A stretch of DNA of 64,000 bases from Eledone cirrhosa (Eukaryota): the NCBI GenBank assembly GCA_964016885.1, contig OZ024741.1, forward strand, positions 147,064,001 to 147,128,000. The letters run 5' to 3'. The notes under the pieces were generated by a model. That model made no database searches. It was given only the letters and a program-made list of their open reading frames with translations, and was not told the DNA's origin. How positions within the stretch are numbered: position 1 is the first letter of the stretch; the number at the start of each line of letters is the position of its first letter. Position numbers and translations under genes: made by a program. Below, piece by piece: positions 40,636 through 54,398 of this stretch.

Positions 40636-43320
40636 GAAAATATCTCATATCTCATTCTCCATAATTTTGCTTCAAGGAAGTAAAATAACTTCTCTCTTTG
40701 TTTCTCTTCTCTTTAATTTTTGCATACATACACACATATATATGTAAAGTGTGGGTATATTTATGCGTAATGGTAATATAGTGTATGTGTATGTGCATGT
40801 GTATATACATGTGTGTATGTCTAGGAAGGCAAGGCCATCAAGTAAATGCTGGTGGCTATACATTTTACTAAATTGCACCATGTATTTAGTTGTGTAGAAA
40901 GTGATAAAGACATCCACAGAATTCATTCTGGAATGGACCATATAATGCTGGGAGATACTCTTTTCTGCCATTACTACAAATTGACCTTTTCTTTCCTTCA
41001 CCTCTATTCCTTTTTTTTTTCTTTTTTTCTTTCTCTATTTTCTATGCCTGTCTTCTTCATCTTCTTCATGTTATCCATCTCTGTCAATTTCTTCTTCTTC
41101 TTCATACTTTCCTGCTTTGGCTTCTTTCCTCCTTCCTCAGCTTTGTCTTCTTTACCTATTTTGTCCTTTGTCTTCTTCATCTATTTACTTTCACACCATG
41201 TCTATGTTATTACATACTGTAAAGTATGCAGCAATACTTTACATTCAACTTACTTTACATTCTAATTCCAAGTCTTTTTAAGGTTCAGCATAATATAATT
41301 TAATACTAAATGTAAAATATATAATCTTAATCGAATTTGAAAAAATTCTTATAAACTCCATTAACTCTCTCTTTACCATATTTCTACTGAAAGATACAGC
41401 CTATAATTTTCAAATCATTTAGAAAATAATAAAAAACTTGAGGGATTTAGTGATATATCTAACTTTATATCTCATTATTAAGTTAGTTTTGGAGCATAAC
41501 TTAAAGTGTCTTACATAGCATCATAGTGGAAGGTTTTCAGATAAATGTAATCACTTAAAGTACATGGCTTGGTATTGTGGAACCAGGGGTAATTTCAGGC
41601 AGTTTGATATCAAAATGGTTACCTTGTCTCACACTTGCTGACCCATTGAAATGAAAATATGAAATTTACAGCTCACACCTATGCAGGTTTAGTTGGTCGC
41701 CAATGAGATTGCAACTCATAGGTTTCTCAGGTATTATAATGATAGAAGCCACAGTCCTATCTTAGAAAATAACATGAAATGAAGTGCCTTGATCAAGAAC
41801 ACAATGTACTGCCAGGTCTAGGAATTGAACCAATGACATTATGATTTTGAGTCCAATACCCTAACCACAAAGCCATGCACATTTATATGCAGATCTATTA
41901 CACAATGGTACACAAAAATACATATGTAAGTATATGAAGGGAATAGTTTGGCCCTCCATCAATTTGGACAATGAGCATGCCAACTTATTTGTCAATTGTG
42001 AAATTAATGTGGAAGTGGCTCAGCATTCCACAGACACAAATATGCTTCACATAATTCTCAGGGAGATTCAACATGACAGTGTATTACAAAGATGACAATT
42101 TGAGTTACAGGTACTATCTATCTTGTGTTACAGTGTACAAGATTCAGTATTCCATAGACATGTGTACCCTTTACATAATTCTCAGGAAGATTGATGGGCT
42201 TCTTCACTCACAAGACTCAGGTTCATGGGACGCTATGGTAACTGAAACTTGTCCAAATTGCCCAACAGTGGGATTGAACTCAAGACCTAATGATTGAGAA
42301 GCAAACTTCTTAACCATTGAGCCATGTTGCATTCATAGATAAGAACACATTCATATAAAGAAACCTACAGATACAAACAGCTTACAAGGCAAATAGCGTA
42401 GACCATGCAGAATTTAATTTGACTTGCAGAAGCCAGCTGTTTAAACTTTGTATCTCTGTCATATAGAGAGAAGATTAAGTGTAGGATTAAGTAAGAAGAG
42501 CAATCCTAATGGATTATCAACTTTTATTCTAAAGACAGAAGCTGTTAGAAAAGGGAAAAATAAACATTAAGATCAATTTTGTTGGGCTTATCAGCAAATA
42601 TTCCTGTTCTAAGTTGTACTTTCCATTTCCTATTTTCTTTTAATGTCTAATCTGTCAGCCTACCACTTCTCACAAGATAAATCTTCACAAAGAGAAGTGA
42701 TAGGGTGAAACCAAACAGTGCTGATCAGGTCAATATATTATTTTATATAGTGAAGTAAGCTGTAATATAATTCCAACAAAGCTGCAATTGTGTAAAATCC
42801 AATCTGGTCAGTTTGTTCATCATTGACAGGCTCAAATATGGTTGAAACAGTTGACTGGTAAAGTAAATACCTACAACTACATACATTGACCTTTCTCAGT
42901 TATGAGTTCAAATTCTGTGGGATTTATTAGCCTAGCCCATGCCGCTCTTTAAAAAGAGGGAAGTCAAGATGGCTATAAAACAAGAACCCAGTTAATATAC
43001 TATTATGCATTTATTCTTTATACATTCAATGTAGCAATAATTATTTCTAACATTTGCACAAGGCCAGCAATTCGTCGATAGAAAAAAGTCAATTATATAA
43101 ACTCCAGCACTTAACTGGTTCTTTATTTCATTTACCCTGGAAGGATGAAAAGCAAAGTTGACCTCAGCAGAATTTCAACTCAGAATGTATAAAGCTTTAA
43201 CTAAATACTGCAAATTTCTGGTCTTGTGCCTAAATTAGAAATCATCATCATCAGCATCGTCATCGTCATCATCATCATCATCATCATCGTCATTATTATT
43301 ATTATTATTATTATTATTAC

Positions 43321-43397
43321 GCAGTGTATTTCTGGTGCTTTATTTTATCGACCCCGTAAGGATGAAGGACAAAGCTAAACTCAGCAGGATTTGAACC

Positions 43398-43439
<42 letters not shown>

Positions 43440-43542
43440 TGTTTCTACTTTTGGCACAAGGCCAGCAATTACCCAGTACATTACTAATAAAGTACCAGTA
43501 ATGTACTGAGTAATTGTTGGCCTTGTGCCAAAAGTAGAAACA

Positions 43543-43576
<34 letters not shown>

Positions 43577-43661
43577 TTATTATAGGTTCAAATCCTGCTG
43601 AGTTTAGCTTTGTCCTTCATCCTTACGGGGTCGATAAAATAAAGCACCAGAAATACACTGC
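43321..43661. repeat. near-perfect hairpin built from SINE-A pieces and (AAT)n
   Basis: 43321-43485 is the reverse complement of 43497-43661, with an 11-nt loop. Confidence 0.9.
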
Positions 43662-44580
43662 TGTCGATTTAATCGACTTTACCCCCTTCCTTTCAATTGC
43701 TAGCCTTGTGTCCTAAAGTAGAAACAATTATTAATTCTTTCCTTGCAAAAATTGATCTTTTACAAGGTCAAAATGAAAGAACATTTTATCTGAACAGTAA
43801 TATTTCTATCTTCTATTCATTCTTGATTTAATATTTAATAGTAATAAATATGAAATTATAACATTATACTACAAAGAGCTATAAAGTTTATCATAAACTT
43901 TTGTCTTCTCTGAAATGTACACTGTAAAAGTGTTCAAGAGAACAATTTCAAGATATTTCAAGCCAACTTAAGAAATCTAAAAATCATCTCCTTTTCCCAT
44001 GACGACAAAGTACATACAAACTGATTCAGAGCATGACAGTTATAATGTTTATAAAAGCAGCAATTAAATTCAAGATGCATAGAAAGCAAACTGCTATTAA
44101 CTTCTGTTTAATGTATTCTGGTCCCACAGCTATCTTCACTTTTTTTATTTTATGCTTATATGTTTATATTCATTTATTTTTGTTGATAGAAGTATGAAAG
44201 GTTCCAAAGCAATTTGAAATGAAATTAATTCAGTTTATACATTTCTACCAATTGCATTTGGAAGGCAAGTTACTTAGTGGTAAAGATGTTTGGCTCACAA
44301 GTATAAGGTCATGAATTCGATTCTTGATAGTGCATTGCATCTTTTAGCAAAACACTCTATGTCATGTTGCTCCAGTACACTCAGCTGACAAAAATGAATT
44401 GTACCTATAATTCAAAGGAGACAGCTTGTTCAGGCTGGAGAGTACACACATTTGTGAAATGCTCAACAACTTGCATGTTGTGCATGTTGATCAAACAACT
44501 GGAAAACTTGTTATTATAACTGTGAGAGATCCAACACACCAATCCCATTAGAAACTTAATGAATTTTTAGTTTATTATTT

Positions 44581-44619
<39 letters not shown>

Positions 44620-44915
44620 TTGCTGCAACTGTTACTCTTTTACTAGTTTCAGTCATTAAACTGGCCATGCTGGGGTACTACTGTCAAGGATTTTTTTGTC
44701 GATCATATTGATCCCCACTTCCCTCTACTATTTATTTCCTCTAGCATAGTACTTACTTTACTAGTGGTAAATTAGCAATGTCATTAGTGCATCACATTGA
44801 AAGTACCACAGTATTTGTCCCAGTGTGCTGCGCTCTGAATTCAAATCTCACTGAGGTGAATTTTGCCTTTCATCCTTTCTAAGTCATAATTAATATACCA
44901 GTTTAATTCCGGGTC

Positions 44916-44965
<50 letters not shown>

Positions 44966-45429
44966 GGAAGAAATTAGCAGTGGAAAATTTTGATTTAAAT
45001 AGGAACCCTTTAAGATGAGTGGTTTGATTTCTAAAACCAGAGCTGGTTTTGGCCAAGCTGGTATCAAGTTGGTATGAAAAGAGTTTAATGAACTTTTTCA
45101 AGAACCACTCATCCCACTACAATTACCTCCCCTCCCAGATTGTTACGTATATACGTATGTTTGGACTCATAACTCCTGCTGGAGTTCTAGGGCTGCCTTA
45201 GTGACAAACAGCATATTTTGGTCACTTTTAAATAGCCAACTTCTTCCAAAGAAGGAGAAAGAATAATAGAGGAAGTGAGAAAGAGATATACAGGAAACAT
45301 CAAACCCAGTACTGGACTGGTATTATATATTGCCCCAGGAAAAGGTGAGAAACAAAATTAACCTTGGGAGGATTTGAACTCAGAGTGCAGAGATGGGATG
45401 AATATTTCAAAGCATTCTATCCAATGTTC

Positions 45430-46060
45430 TAATCATCGTCACTATTTTACGTCCACTCTTCCATGCTAGCATGGTTTAAACGGTTTGTCCTGTTGTGGGC
45501 AGTGCCCGGTCGGTTGACCTTGTCTTGCTCATACGGGAACAGATTCTGGTTTGATTTCTACAGCTGGATACCCTTCCTAACACCAACCTCATTTACAGTG
45601 AGTGCTGGGTGCTTTTTTTCCATGGTGCCTACATGTCCACTTTACAGTGTGGGCTGGGTGCTTTTTTGCCATGGCACCTCCACGACCACTTTGCAGTGGG
45701 AGGAGGGGGGGGGGCATATTGTCTATATGCTTCAGCTTCAGCTTGTACCCGTGGGATGTCGGGTCTTCTGTATTACTGCATGATGCCAGAGGTCACAGTC
45801 CTGTGCCATTGCCTTTGAGAGGTGCAATTGGGTAAGGTCGGCTTTTATCACCTCATCCCAGGTCTTCTTGTGTCTCCCCACTCCATGGCTCCATCAACCT
45901 CTAGTGCTCTGCACCTTTTTATGCAGTTGTCATCCTTCATACGCATCACATGTCCATACCAACACAACCTCCTCTCCTGTGCACAGCATTTGATTCCTCT
46001 TATGCTCAGTCTCTCTCTCAATTCGTTTATGCCTTGCCATTCGCATATATTACTATTCTA
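45430..46060 (-). mobile_element. 3' fragment of a diverged RTE LINE relative
   Basis: The + strand carries CGCATCACATGTCCATACC (inverse of WYGHVMR) and a 3'UTR similar to the RTE copies. Confidence 0.75.
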
Positions 46061-48197
46061 ATGACTCTGCCAATTTGCTGCCCTCTCAGATTGTTATACT
46101 CAGAGAAGAAAGGGTACTCCATAGTGTGTGTATTATGTTTTCTTAAAAGAACATGAAATTGTGAACTTAGCTTATTTTACCATCCCCACTCCTAGGTCCC
46201 CTGGCTAGGAACTGCTGTGCTAAAGCCATGATACTATTTAGTCTTGATTCTTAATACTCTGCGTTCAAATCCCATTTTGGGGTTTATAAAATAAGTATCA
46301 ATAATTTATGTTGGTTTTTGTCAATTTTGATAACAAGTGATCCAGTTGTTTGAACAACATCCCAATATGATTGACTGTTCTAGTATGGTCACAGTTTAAT
46401 GGCTGAAACTAGTAAAAGAATATATGTGTCTAAACTAAATAAGTTTACTTTCAATATACCTAGACCATACTAATTGACTAATTATCTTTATTTATACATT
46501 AAAAATTGATATTATTATACATCATATTTTATGATTGTAGAACATCATCCTCATCCTTTTAAGTCTGTATGTGTTCATATCTCTGTATATTTTGTTTATT
46601 TATAAATTAACAGTACAACAAATAGAGATAAATAAAGCATGTAGTAATGGGCCTTTAACTCCTGATGGAGTTGGAAGGTAATTGTAGTGGCGTCGGTGGT
46701 TCTTGAGAAAATTCATTAAACTCTTTGATACCCACCTGGCCAAACCCAGCTCTAGTTTTATAAATCAAAACCACTCATCTTAAAGGGTTCCTATTTCAAT
46801 TTAAATTTTCCAACATAATTTTAAATAAGAATATTTTTAGTTATTATCTTAGTAATGGAATAATTAATAATTTTAGGAAATCTCTTGAGATGTTTCACTA
46901 ATTAATTGAAATAGAGTATATTTCATTGGAAATGTAGTCATGAAATGATTTTTAAAAAGTTGTCCTTGGTAGTGAAAAGGTTAGGAACCAATGTTTTAGT
47001 CCAATATTCCACCATTTTTGCCAGTTCCCTATCATGGTATTAACTTTATCTTTGCAAAGTTTATTTCTTATATTTTATTCACATATAAGCTTCAATTGCA
47101 ATCAAAGTTTGCATGTAAACTGTAGCTTCCAGCTAAGACATCCATTCTAAGTGATCAATCATTCATTTTGACATTGGAGGTAAGAAATAAATCAAACTCA
47201 TTAAATATGTAAATATACTGTTTCCTGTATCATCCTTTGTTTATGAATCATAAATCACTTTTGGGTTAAAGAAGACATGGAGTGATATATGACTGACTTT
47301 AAATGAGGACGTAAGTGGAATTACATGACCAACATGAAATAACTCTGTGCATCTACATAAGCATGCACAATATTTATTTTCTGTTTTCATTTTTACATCT
47401 TTACTTTATCTCTTAACTAAATCTCTTTCTGAATATTTCACTCAGTTCAAAACTGAAATTTTATAATATACCAAGGTTTTATATATTCCATTCTTCATTT
47501 CTCAACAGCCAGAACTAGTCAGAGCACATCTGTTAGAATCACTGTTTCTCTGATTTCACACTCTCAAAAACATTCTTCTTCTGTAGTTCACTTCCTTGTT
47601 CCCACTGCTCCCTAATAAAACAATTTTTTGTTCTCTAAAGATAAGTAATGCTGTCAAGACACCCCATCCCTTTCTAATGAAAGACACTGCCTGTGATTCT
47701 CAAATAATTTTGAAAATAATCAACAACTTTCGCATTACTAAGTTGGTATTTGGGACATAAAATTACAATGGATGGTTCTTTAGATAAATATAAACATTTT
47801 AAAATAAATAGTTTTGTATCATATAATCATAGGTCATTTCAGATAGTGTTAGCTGAAATTAAATTATCTTTCTCTGAGGAACTTCCATCAAATTTCACAT
47901 ACCCCTGTAACCACACACAAGCAATAATTCCAACTTAACTCTTCTCATACCAAATCACGTGAAACAGCTCCTGGTTTTATAATGCAAAACTGCTTATTTT
48001 AAAATGTTTATATATATATAAAAACATTCATCAGAATTTTATGTAAGAACATATGTTAAGTTATGTCCTAAATGTTAGCTAAATAATGAAACAGTTAGTA
48101 ATTTGACTAAATACTTCAACATTTTTGATCATTTTTCAAATTATTTGAAAACAATAGGGAGTATCATTTATTAGAGATATAATTAAAGGGTTAACCA

Positions 48198-48385
48198 CAA
48201 TAATTGTTTCTACTTTTGGCACAAGGCCAGTAATTATCCCAGTGGTACTTTATTTTATCGACCCCATAAGGATGCAAGGCAAAGTTAACGGGATTTGAAC
48301 TCAGACTGTAAAGGGACGTAACTATGCTAGAAAGCATGGCGTCAGACCCTCTACCGAAACTGCCAATTCACCGCCCAACCACAAT
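48198..48385 (-). mobile_element. SINE family A copy
   Basis: Reverse complement of the 61895-62085 type sequence. Confidence 0.8.
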
Positions 48386-48739
48386 AATGTTACCCAATTA
48401 TTTCTCCAGTATAGAAAGGGTTCAAAGAAAGTGCAATACAACATTGGCACAAACACAAACACACACATACACACAACAGTTCCATAAGCATGCAGATAGA
48501 AAAAATCTATTAAAATTTTATCAAGATTGTCTTTTGATTAATTTTTATCTATAGAGGTGATCACCCTTTCTAGGATGAAATTCATAATGAATTTAATGTT
48601 CCTCTGTGTTATTTTGGCATATCCATCAATTATATATTTTGATTTCACAGAATAAAAACTATCTTATCTTATATGTATTGACAAATAAATTATTCTCATC
48701 ATTTTACGTCCGTTTCTTTTATTTATTTAATTATATATA

Positions 48740-48786
<47 letters not shown>

Positions 48787-49176
48787 TTTCTTTTTTTTTG
48801 CTGGTATGGATGGGTTGGATGGGTTGTTATGGACCAAGGCAGTTCTTATTTAGAGTTACTATATTCCTAGACAGGTCGAAAGACTACTTGAAATTAAAAT
48901 GAAACAAAAAAAAAGAGCAAAGAATCATGATAATAAACCATGCTTCTATGAAAAGAAAAAAATACTAAATGTTCTAAATCAATATTAATGAATAATATAA
49001 TTTATAGAGAGCTGCAACTAATTAAAATTGTTAAAAATGCTAGACAGTGATGCTCTGAAGATGCAATAGATTGAAGTTGAATGGTTAACGAAAGAGCAGG
49101 GACTGAAGTAATTAACTCTTGAGACAAACATGTTGAAATAATAGAACGAGATGTCAGGATGTTGTTGTTGTTGTGG

Positions 49177-49910
49177 GACCTCCATCAGTTCTTATGACAT
49201 AACGCACGTGCACATGTGTGTGTGTGTTTGTGTGTTAGACCTCCGTCAGTTCTGATCACATGACATGTGTGTGTGTGTGTGTATGTACATGTATGTGTGC
49301 GTGTGTTTGTGTGTGAGACCTCCGTCAGTTCTGATCACATAACGTGTGTGTGTGGGGGGGGGTTAAACCTCTGTCAGTTCTGATCACATAACGTGTGTGT
49401 GTGTGTGTGTGTGTGTGGTTTAAACCTCTGTCAATTCTGATCACATAATGTGTGTGTGTGTGTGTGTGGTTTAAACCTCTGTCAGTTCTGATCACATAAC
49501 ATGTGTGTGTGTGTGTGTGTGTGGCAGTTTAAACCTCTGTCAGTTCTGATCACATAACGTGTGTGTGTGTGGCAGTTTAAACCTCTGTCAGTTCTGATCA
49601 CATAACGTGTGCGTGTGTGTGGTTTAAACCTCTGTCAGTTCTGATCACATAACATGTGTGTGTGGTTTAAACCTCTGTCAGTTCTGATCACATAACGTGT
49701 GTGTGTGTGTGTGTGTGTGTGTGGTTTAAACCTCTGTCAGTTCTGATCACATAACGTGTGGGTGTGTGTGGTTTAAACCTCAGTCAGTTCTGATCCCATT
49801 ATGTGTGTGTGTGTGTGTGTGGTTTAAACCTCTATCAATTCTGATCCCATTATGTGTGTGTGTGTGTGTATTTTAAACCTCCACTAGTTCTGATCACATG
49901 ACATGTGTGG
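49177..49910. repeat. minisatellite: 14 copies of a ~30 bp core separated by variable (GT)n
   Basis: Core (GGTTTA)AACCTCTGTCAGTTCTGATCACATAAC, with copies starting from 49177 to 49875. Confidence 0.95.
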
Positions 49911-50109
49911 GAGTATGTGTGTCACCATAAAATGCACTTGGTATAGATGCAGGCTTCTGGCTCTACTGGAAGGTCAGTGGCCCGCTTGACTATTAAATCA
50001 ACTAGTGAAGACCCATCCAGCCATTGGTAGCAAGGAAAATAGACATTAAATGATGATGGTGATGATATATATATATATATATATATACATGCATATATCA
50101 TATATATAT

Positions 50110-52251
50110 CATCATCATCATCATCGTTTAACGTCCATGTTCCACGCTTGCATGGGTTTGGACAGGAGTTTTCCCACTTGAGGCAAGAGTGTTTATCTTG
50201 CTTGCATAGGACTATCTGGCGGGTTTTCTACAGCTGGATGCCCTTCCTAACACCAACCACATTTACAGTGTGGGGCTGGGAGGTTTTTACCGTGTTGCCT
50301 ACACGGCCACATTACAGCGTGGACTGTGTGTTTTTTTGTCGTGACACCTACACGATCTCATTTGTTTCGGCCTAGATGCTGTGGTACCAACATAACTTTA
50401 CATTGAAAGGGGTGGTGTGGATGGGGTGGGGGTAGTGGGACGGGTGTATTTTGTTAGAGGTGCCTACTGACTGTAGTAGGTTTCACTTTGTATTTAGGTA
50501 AGGCGGGTCTTCTCTATTACTGAGTACCGCCAAAGATCTCGGTCCAGTGACATTGTCTTGGAGAGGTGTAAGTGTGTGAGGTCGGAATTTATCAGGTCGT
50601 CCCAGGTTTTTCTGGGTCTGCCTACTCCGTCGCTACCGTCTATCTTTATTGCCCTGCACTTTTTTTATACAGCTGTCGTCTTTCATGCGCATCACGTGAC
50701 CATACCAACGTAGCCTTCTCTCGAGTAAACAACATCTGATCCCTCTTATTTCTAATTTTTCCCTTAGTTCGTTTATGCTTTGCCGTTCACGTATATTACT
50801 ATTACACATCCAGCGGAGCATGCAAGCTTCGTTCCTCTCTAGTCTGCGTATATCCTCTGCACACAATACCCAGGTCTCACTGCCATGCAACATTGCTGTT
50901 CGTATGCAGGCATCATAGAGCCTGCCTTTCATTTTTAGGGAGAACCCTTTAGCGGCTAATAGTGGTATAAGCTCTCTGAACTTTTTCCATCCGGTTCTGA
51001 CTCTAGCTACTGTACTTGCTGACTGTTTCTATATACATGGCTTGTATAGCTCTCACAAGCCATTCATCAACACCTAGTTTTCTAAGAGCCCACAAGATAA
51101 TGGGGCGGGGGACTCTGTCGAAGGCTTTCTCCAAGTCGACAAAAGCTAAATATAGGGGTTTACTTTTAGCTAGGTACTTCTGTAGTTGTCGTACAATGAA
51201 AAGAGCGTCTGTGGTACTTTTGCCTGACACAAACCCGAACTGCATTTCATCTAGATCAATTCTCTCTCTGATTAGCTGCGCTATTACTTTTTCCGTGACC
51301 TTCATGACCTGGTCGATTAATTTAATGCCTCTATAGTTACTCCTATCTAGGGCGTCTCCTTTACCCTTGTAGCAGTTAATGATGATGCTGCTACGCCAGT
51401 CCTTCGGAACAACCCCATTCTGTATGACTTGGTTTACTATCCGGGTGACCATGGTGTGTGCCACCGTTTCAGAGGCTTTCAGCATCTCAGCAACTATTTC
51501 CGAAGGCCCAGCCGCCTTACCTGTCTTCATATCTTTGATTGCCTTACTTATTATACTACCTTCGACTAACACTGCTGGACCCTCTATTGGGTCGATGAGG
51601 GGGAGACTGTCTTTCTCCCATTTATTCTCCTCATTTAGTAGCCTTTCGTAGTGACACTTCCAAGCTACCTTCTTATCAGCGTCAGTGATGGCAAGTATGC
51701 CATCATCATTAAGTACACACTTCTCCCCGACAATATCACGGTTTTCCTTGACACATTGCCTAGCAATCCTGAACACCTCACGTTTTTGGTCCTCGCGTTG
51801 TAGAACATGCTTGAACTTTCTTTCCTCTGCTTCCCTTCTTGCGAAGTACACTTGTCTCCTAACTTCCCTCCTGGCTACTTGATAGTCTTCTCTACTTCCC
51901 CCATCCCGCCATACTTTCCATACCTGCTTTTTGGCCTTAATTGACTCCTCCACCTTACTGTTCCACCACCATGTTACTCTCCTCCTGCCTACAGGCCTGC
52001 TCCAGCCACAGACTTCGTCCGCCGCCATCAGCAGGTTTGCTTTCAGGAATTCCCACTGTTCCTCTATATTGTACGACTCTAATTGCTCTTCCTTACTGTC
52101 GAAAGCATTAAGTAATATGCTTTTAAATTTATTCCTGGTTGTGGGGTCCTTTAGCTTCCATATTTTTCTCCTGAGGATAGTCCTCTTCTGCTGTCTAGTA
52201 CGTCTTGTCCTGACTATGAGGTCGCTAATTATCAGTCTATGTTGGGAGGTG
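50110..52251 (-). mobile_element. RTE-clade LINE copy 3, 5'-truncated and internally deleted
   Basis: ORFs 51003-52292 and 50633-50932; the RT core is missing at the junction ~51015. Confidence 0.93.
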
Positions 52252-52287
52252 CATATATACATGCTTATACCATATATATATACATAT

Positions 52288-52344
<57 letters not shown>

Positions 52345-52345
<1 letters not shown>

Positions 52346-53920
52346 AATATCTTTAAGTCGTTTGGAAGCCTCGACAATGCAAATGGGTAAATCTCCGGGT
52401 AACAAGGTCCGGTGGTGGAGAGAGATATGTAAGTGGGTGTACGTTGAGATGCGTGGTGTGTGTAAGAAGTGTGAGATGTGTAGAATGGAGGGAAGAGTAT
52501 AAAGGATAAAATTAAAATAACAACACAAGAGAGAGTTACCTTGGGAGAGATTTAATAGTCCCTATATATTTCGGATTCACATCCATCAACTGGGGTTTTT
52601 TTCCGGGGTGGGGGAAAAGGTTGTCTGTCGGACAAGTGCGGAACGCGTCCTTCGCTCTTTGTTGTTTTGAACATCTGAGGTATTCGGCAGAGCGCGCGTG
52701 CGCGTGAAATAGGGTCGGTCGTACAGAGGTCAGCGGCCGAATGAGGGAGTGGGATGGCGCTAGCTGTCAGTCCATTCTCTGCCTGTTTGTTAAATGTTAC
52801 TGTGTGTGTGTGTGTGCGTGTGTTGTTGTCTCGTTTGAGTGTGTGTGTGTTGTTGTCTCGCTTGAGTGTGTGTGTGTGTGTGTGTTGTTGCCTTGTTCCT
52901 CTGTATTGGCAGTGTAGTATGTTCGTATGGTGGAATGATACTGTGTGTGTGTGTAGTTGTCTCGTTTGCGCGTGTGTTGTGTGTTGTTGCATCGCTTGTT
53001 AACTTAAACCAGCCATCTCATTTCGCTTCTCTCTGATCGGTTGTTTATTTGCGGTTGCAGTCGTTTGATAAAAAGCGCTTCCTTGATACGTAACGTGCCG
53101 ACGTTTCTTTCAGTCGCTAGAATTGTGACAATGGGCCTTCCGTCTTTGTTTCCGCATTTGTCTATGTGTTTCCGGAAAGACGAGGCCCTGGTTTTAGTGT
53201 GTTCCTTGATCCGGATGTGCAAAGATCGAATTGTGCTACCTATGTAGTATTGGTTGTACCTGTCACATTCTATCTTATACACGACGTATGTGCGTAGGCA
53301 ACAGTTCGCATGGCGTATCGGGCAGTCTCTGAGGGAGCATGCGTCAGTAGATTTTTCGGGTTTCCTGGAGAGGCATCTTCGCAGGGAGGGGCCCGAGTGG
53401 GCCAGGTGGATGTCGAGGCCCTCCCTCCGTATAGCCTTGCGGATAGCGTTGGTGGTTTTTTCGCCCAGGTGTGGCATTTTAAGGAAGCACTTGCCTTGGG
53501 TGCTTCTCTGTCTCTTGCGTCTGGTGTCTCCTATTCTGTCTGTGATCGAGGTAGGCTACCCGTTCGTCTTCAGCACCTCGAGGAATCGCTTGGTATGAGT
53601 GACACCACTCGTGGGATCGCTGCATCTGTTTTTGATTCGCGCGATCTCGTTCGTGATGTATCCTCTTTTGGCACTGTTAGGGAGGGCGGACTTGTAGTGA
53701 ACGAATAGGTCCCTGCAGGCTGCCTTTCGGTAGAAGTTGCAGTGGATCCTTCCCTGTTCCGTGATGTTGATCGGAAGTCGAGGAGGGCAAGTGACCCGTC
53801 TTCGTTGGGGTGTTCAACACTGAAGTCAATGTTCTCGTCCGTGTTGTTGATCGTCTCATAGATTCTGTTCGGCGTGTCTTGGGAAGATCTGAGGATGAGG
53901 ATATCGTGTTGACCACCCCA
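52345..53920 (-). mobile_element. 5'-truncated Penelope-like element, second family (RT C-terminus, GIY-YIG, terminal region)
   Basis: ORF 53004-53477 has YVVYKIEC..YYIGSTIRSLHIRIKEH..LRIKEALFI...P.IN. Upstream frameshifted RT end (G.LPFLD-like) at 53677-53916. Confidence 0.82.
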
Positions 53921-53950
53921 CCTATCTATCTATCTGTCTGTCTTTCTCTC

Positions 53951-54047
<97 letters not shown>

Positions 54048-54064
54048 TCTCTATATATATATAT

Positions 54065-54272
54065 TTACTCAGCTGTAGAAATGAGATGATAGGACTGGGG
54101 TCCATATCATTCCCCTGCAAAGTGGTCTTGGAGGTGACACGGCAAAAAAGCACCCACCACTCACTGTAAATGAGGTTGGAAGGGCATCCAGCTGTAGAAA
54201 TCAAGCCACCATCAGTTCCCATCCCACCCTTGCAAGCAGGGAAAAGTGGACGTAAAATGATGATGATGATGA
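54065..54272 (+). mobile_element. SINE family B 3' part with RTE-derived tail
   Basis: Nearly identical to 58396-58619; ends GGACGTAAAA(TGA)n. Confidence 0.75.
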
Positions 54273-54341
54273 AATATATAGTTAAATCTTAGACAGGAAC
54301 AAAAACAGAGAGGCAGTACAAATATTGGTTTATTAGGTTCA

Positions 54342-54398
54342 CACTTTTGAGAGGATGGGGCGACTTTTCGGGCATAGCCCTTCATCAGGAGAAAAGTG
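54342..54398 (-). ncRNA. minimal hammerhead ribozyme-like motif
   Basis: Minus strand reads CACTTTTCTC-CTGATGA-A-GGGC[TAT]GCCC-GAAA-AG-TC-G...AAAAGTG. Confidence 0.5.

Noticed and set aside
40846-41265. 139-aa Phe/Ser-rich ORF
   Set aside because: It arises from a pyrimidine-rich low-complexity tract and has no recognisable domain.
49177-49910. CRISPR-like repeat-spacer appearance
   Set aside because: Spacers are (GT)n rather than unique sequences, there are no cas genes, and the context is eukaryotic.
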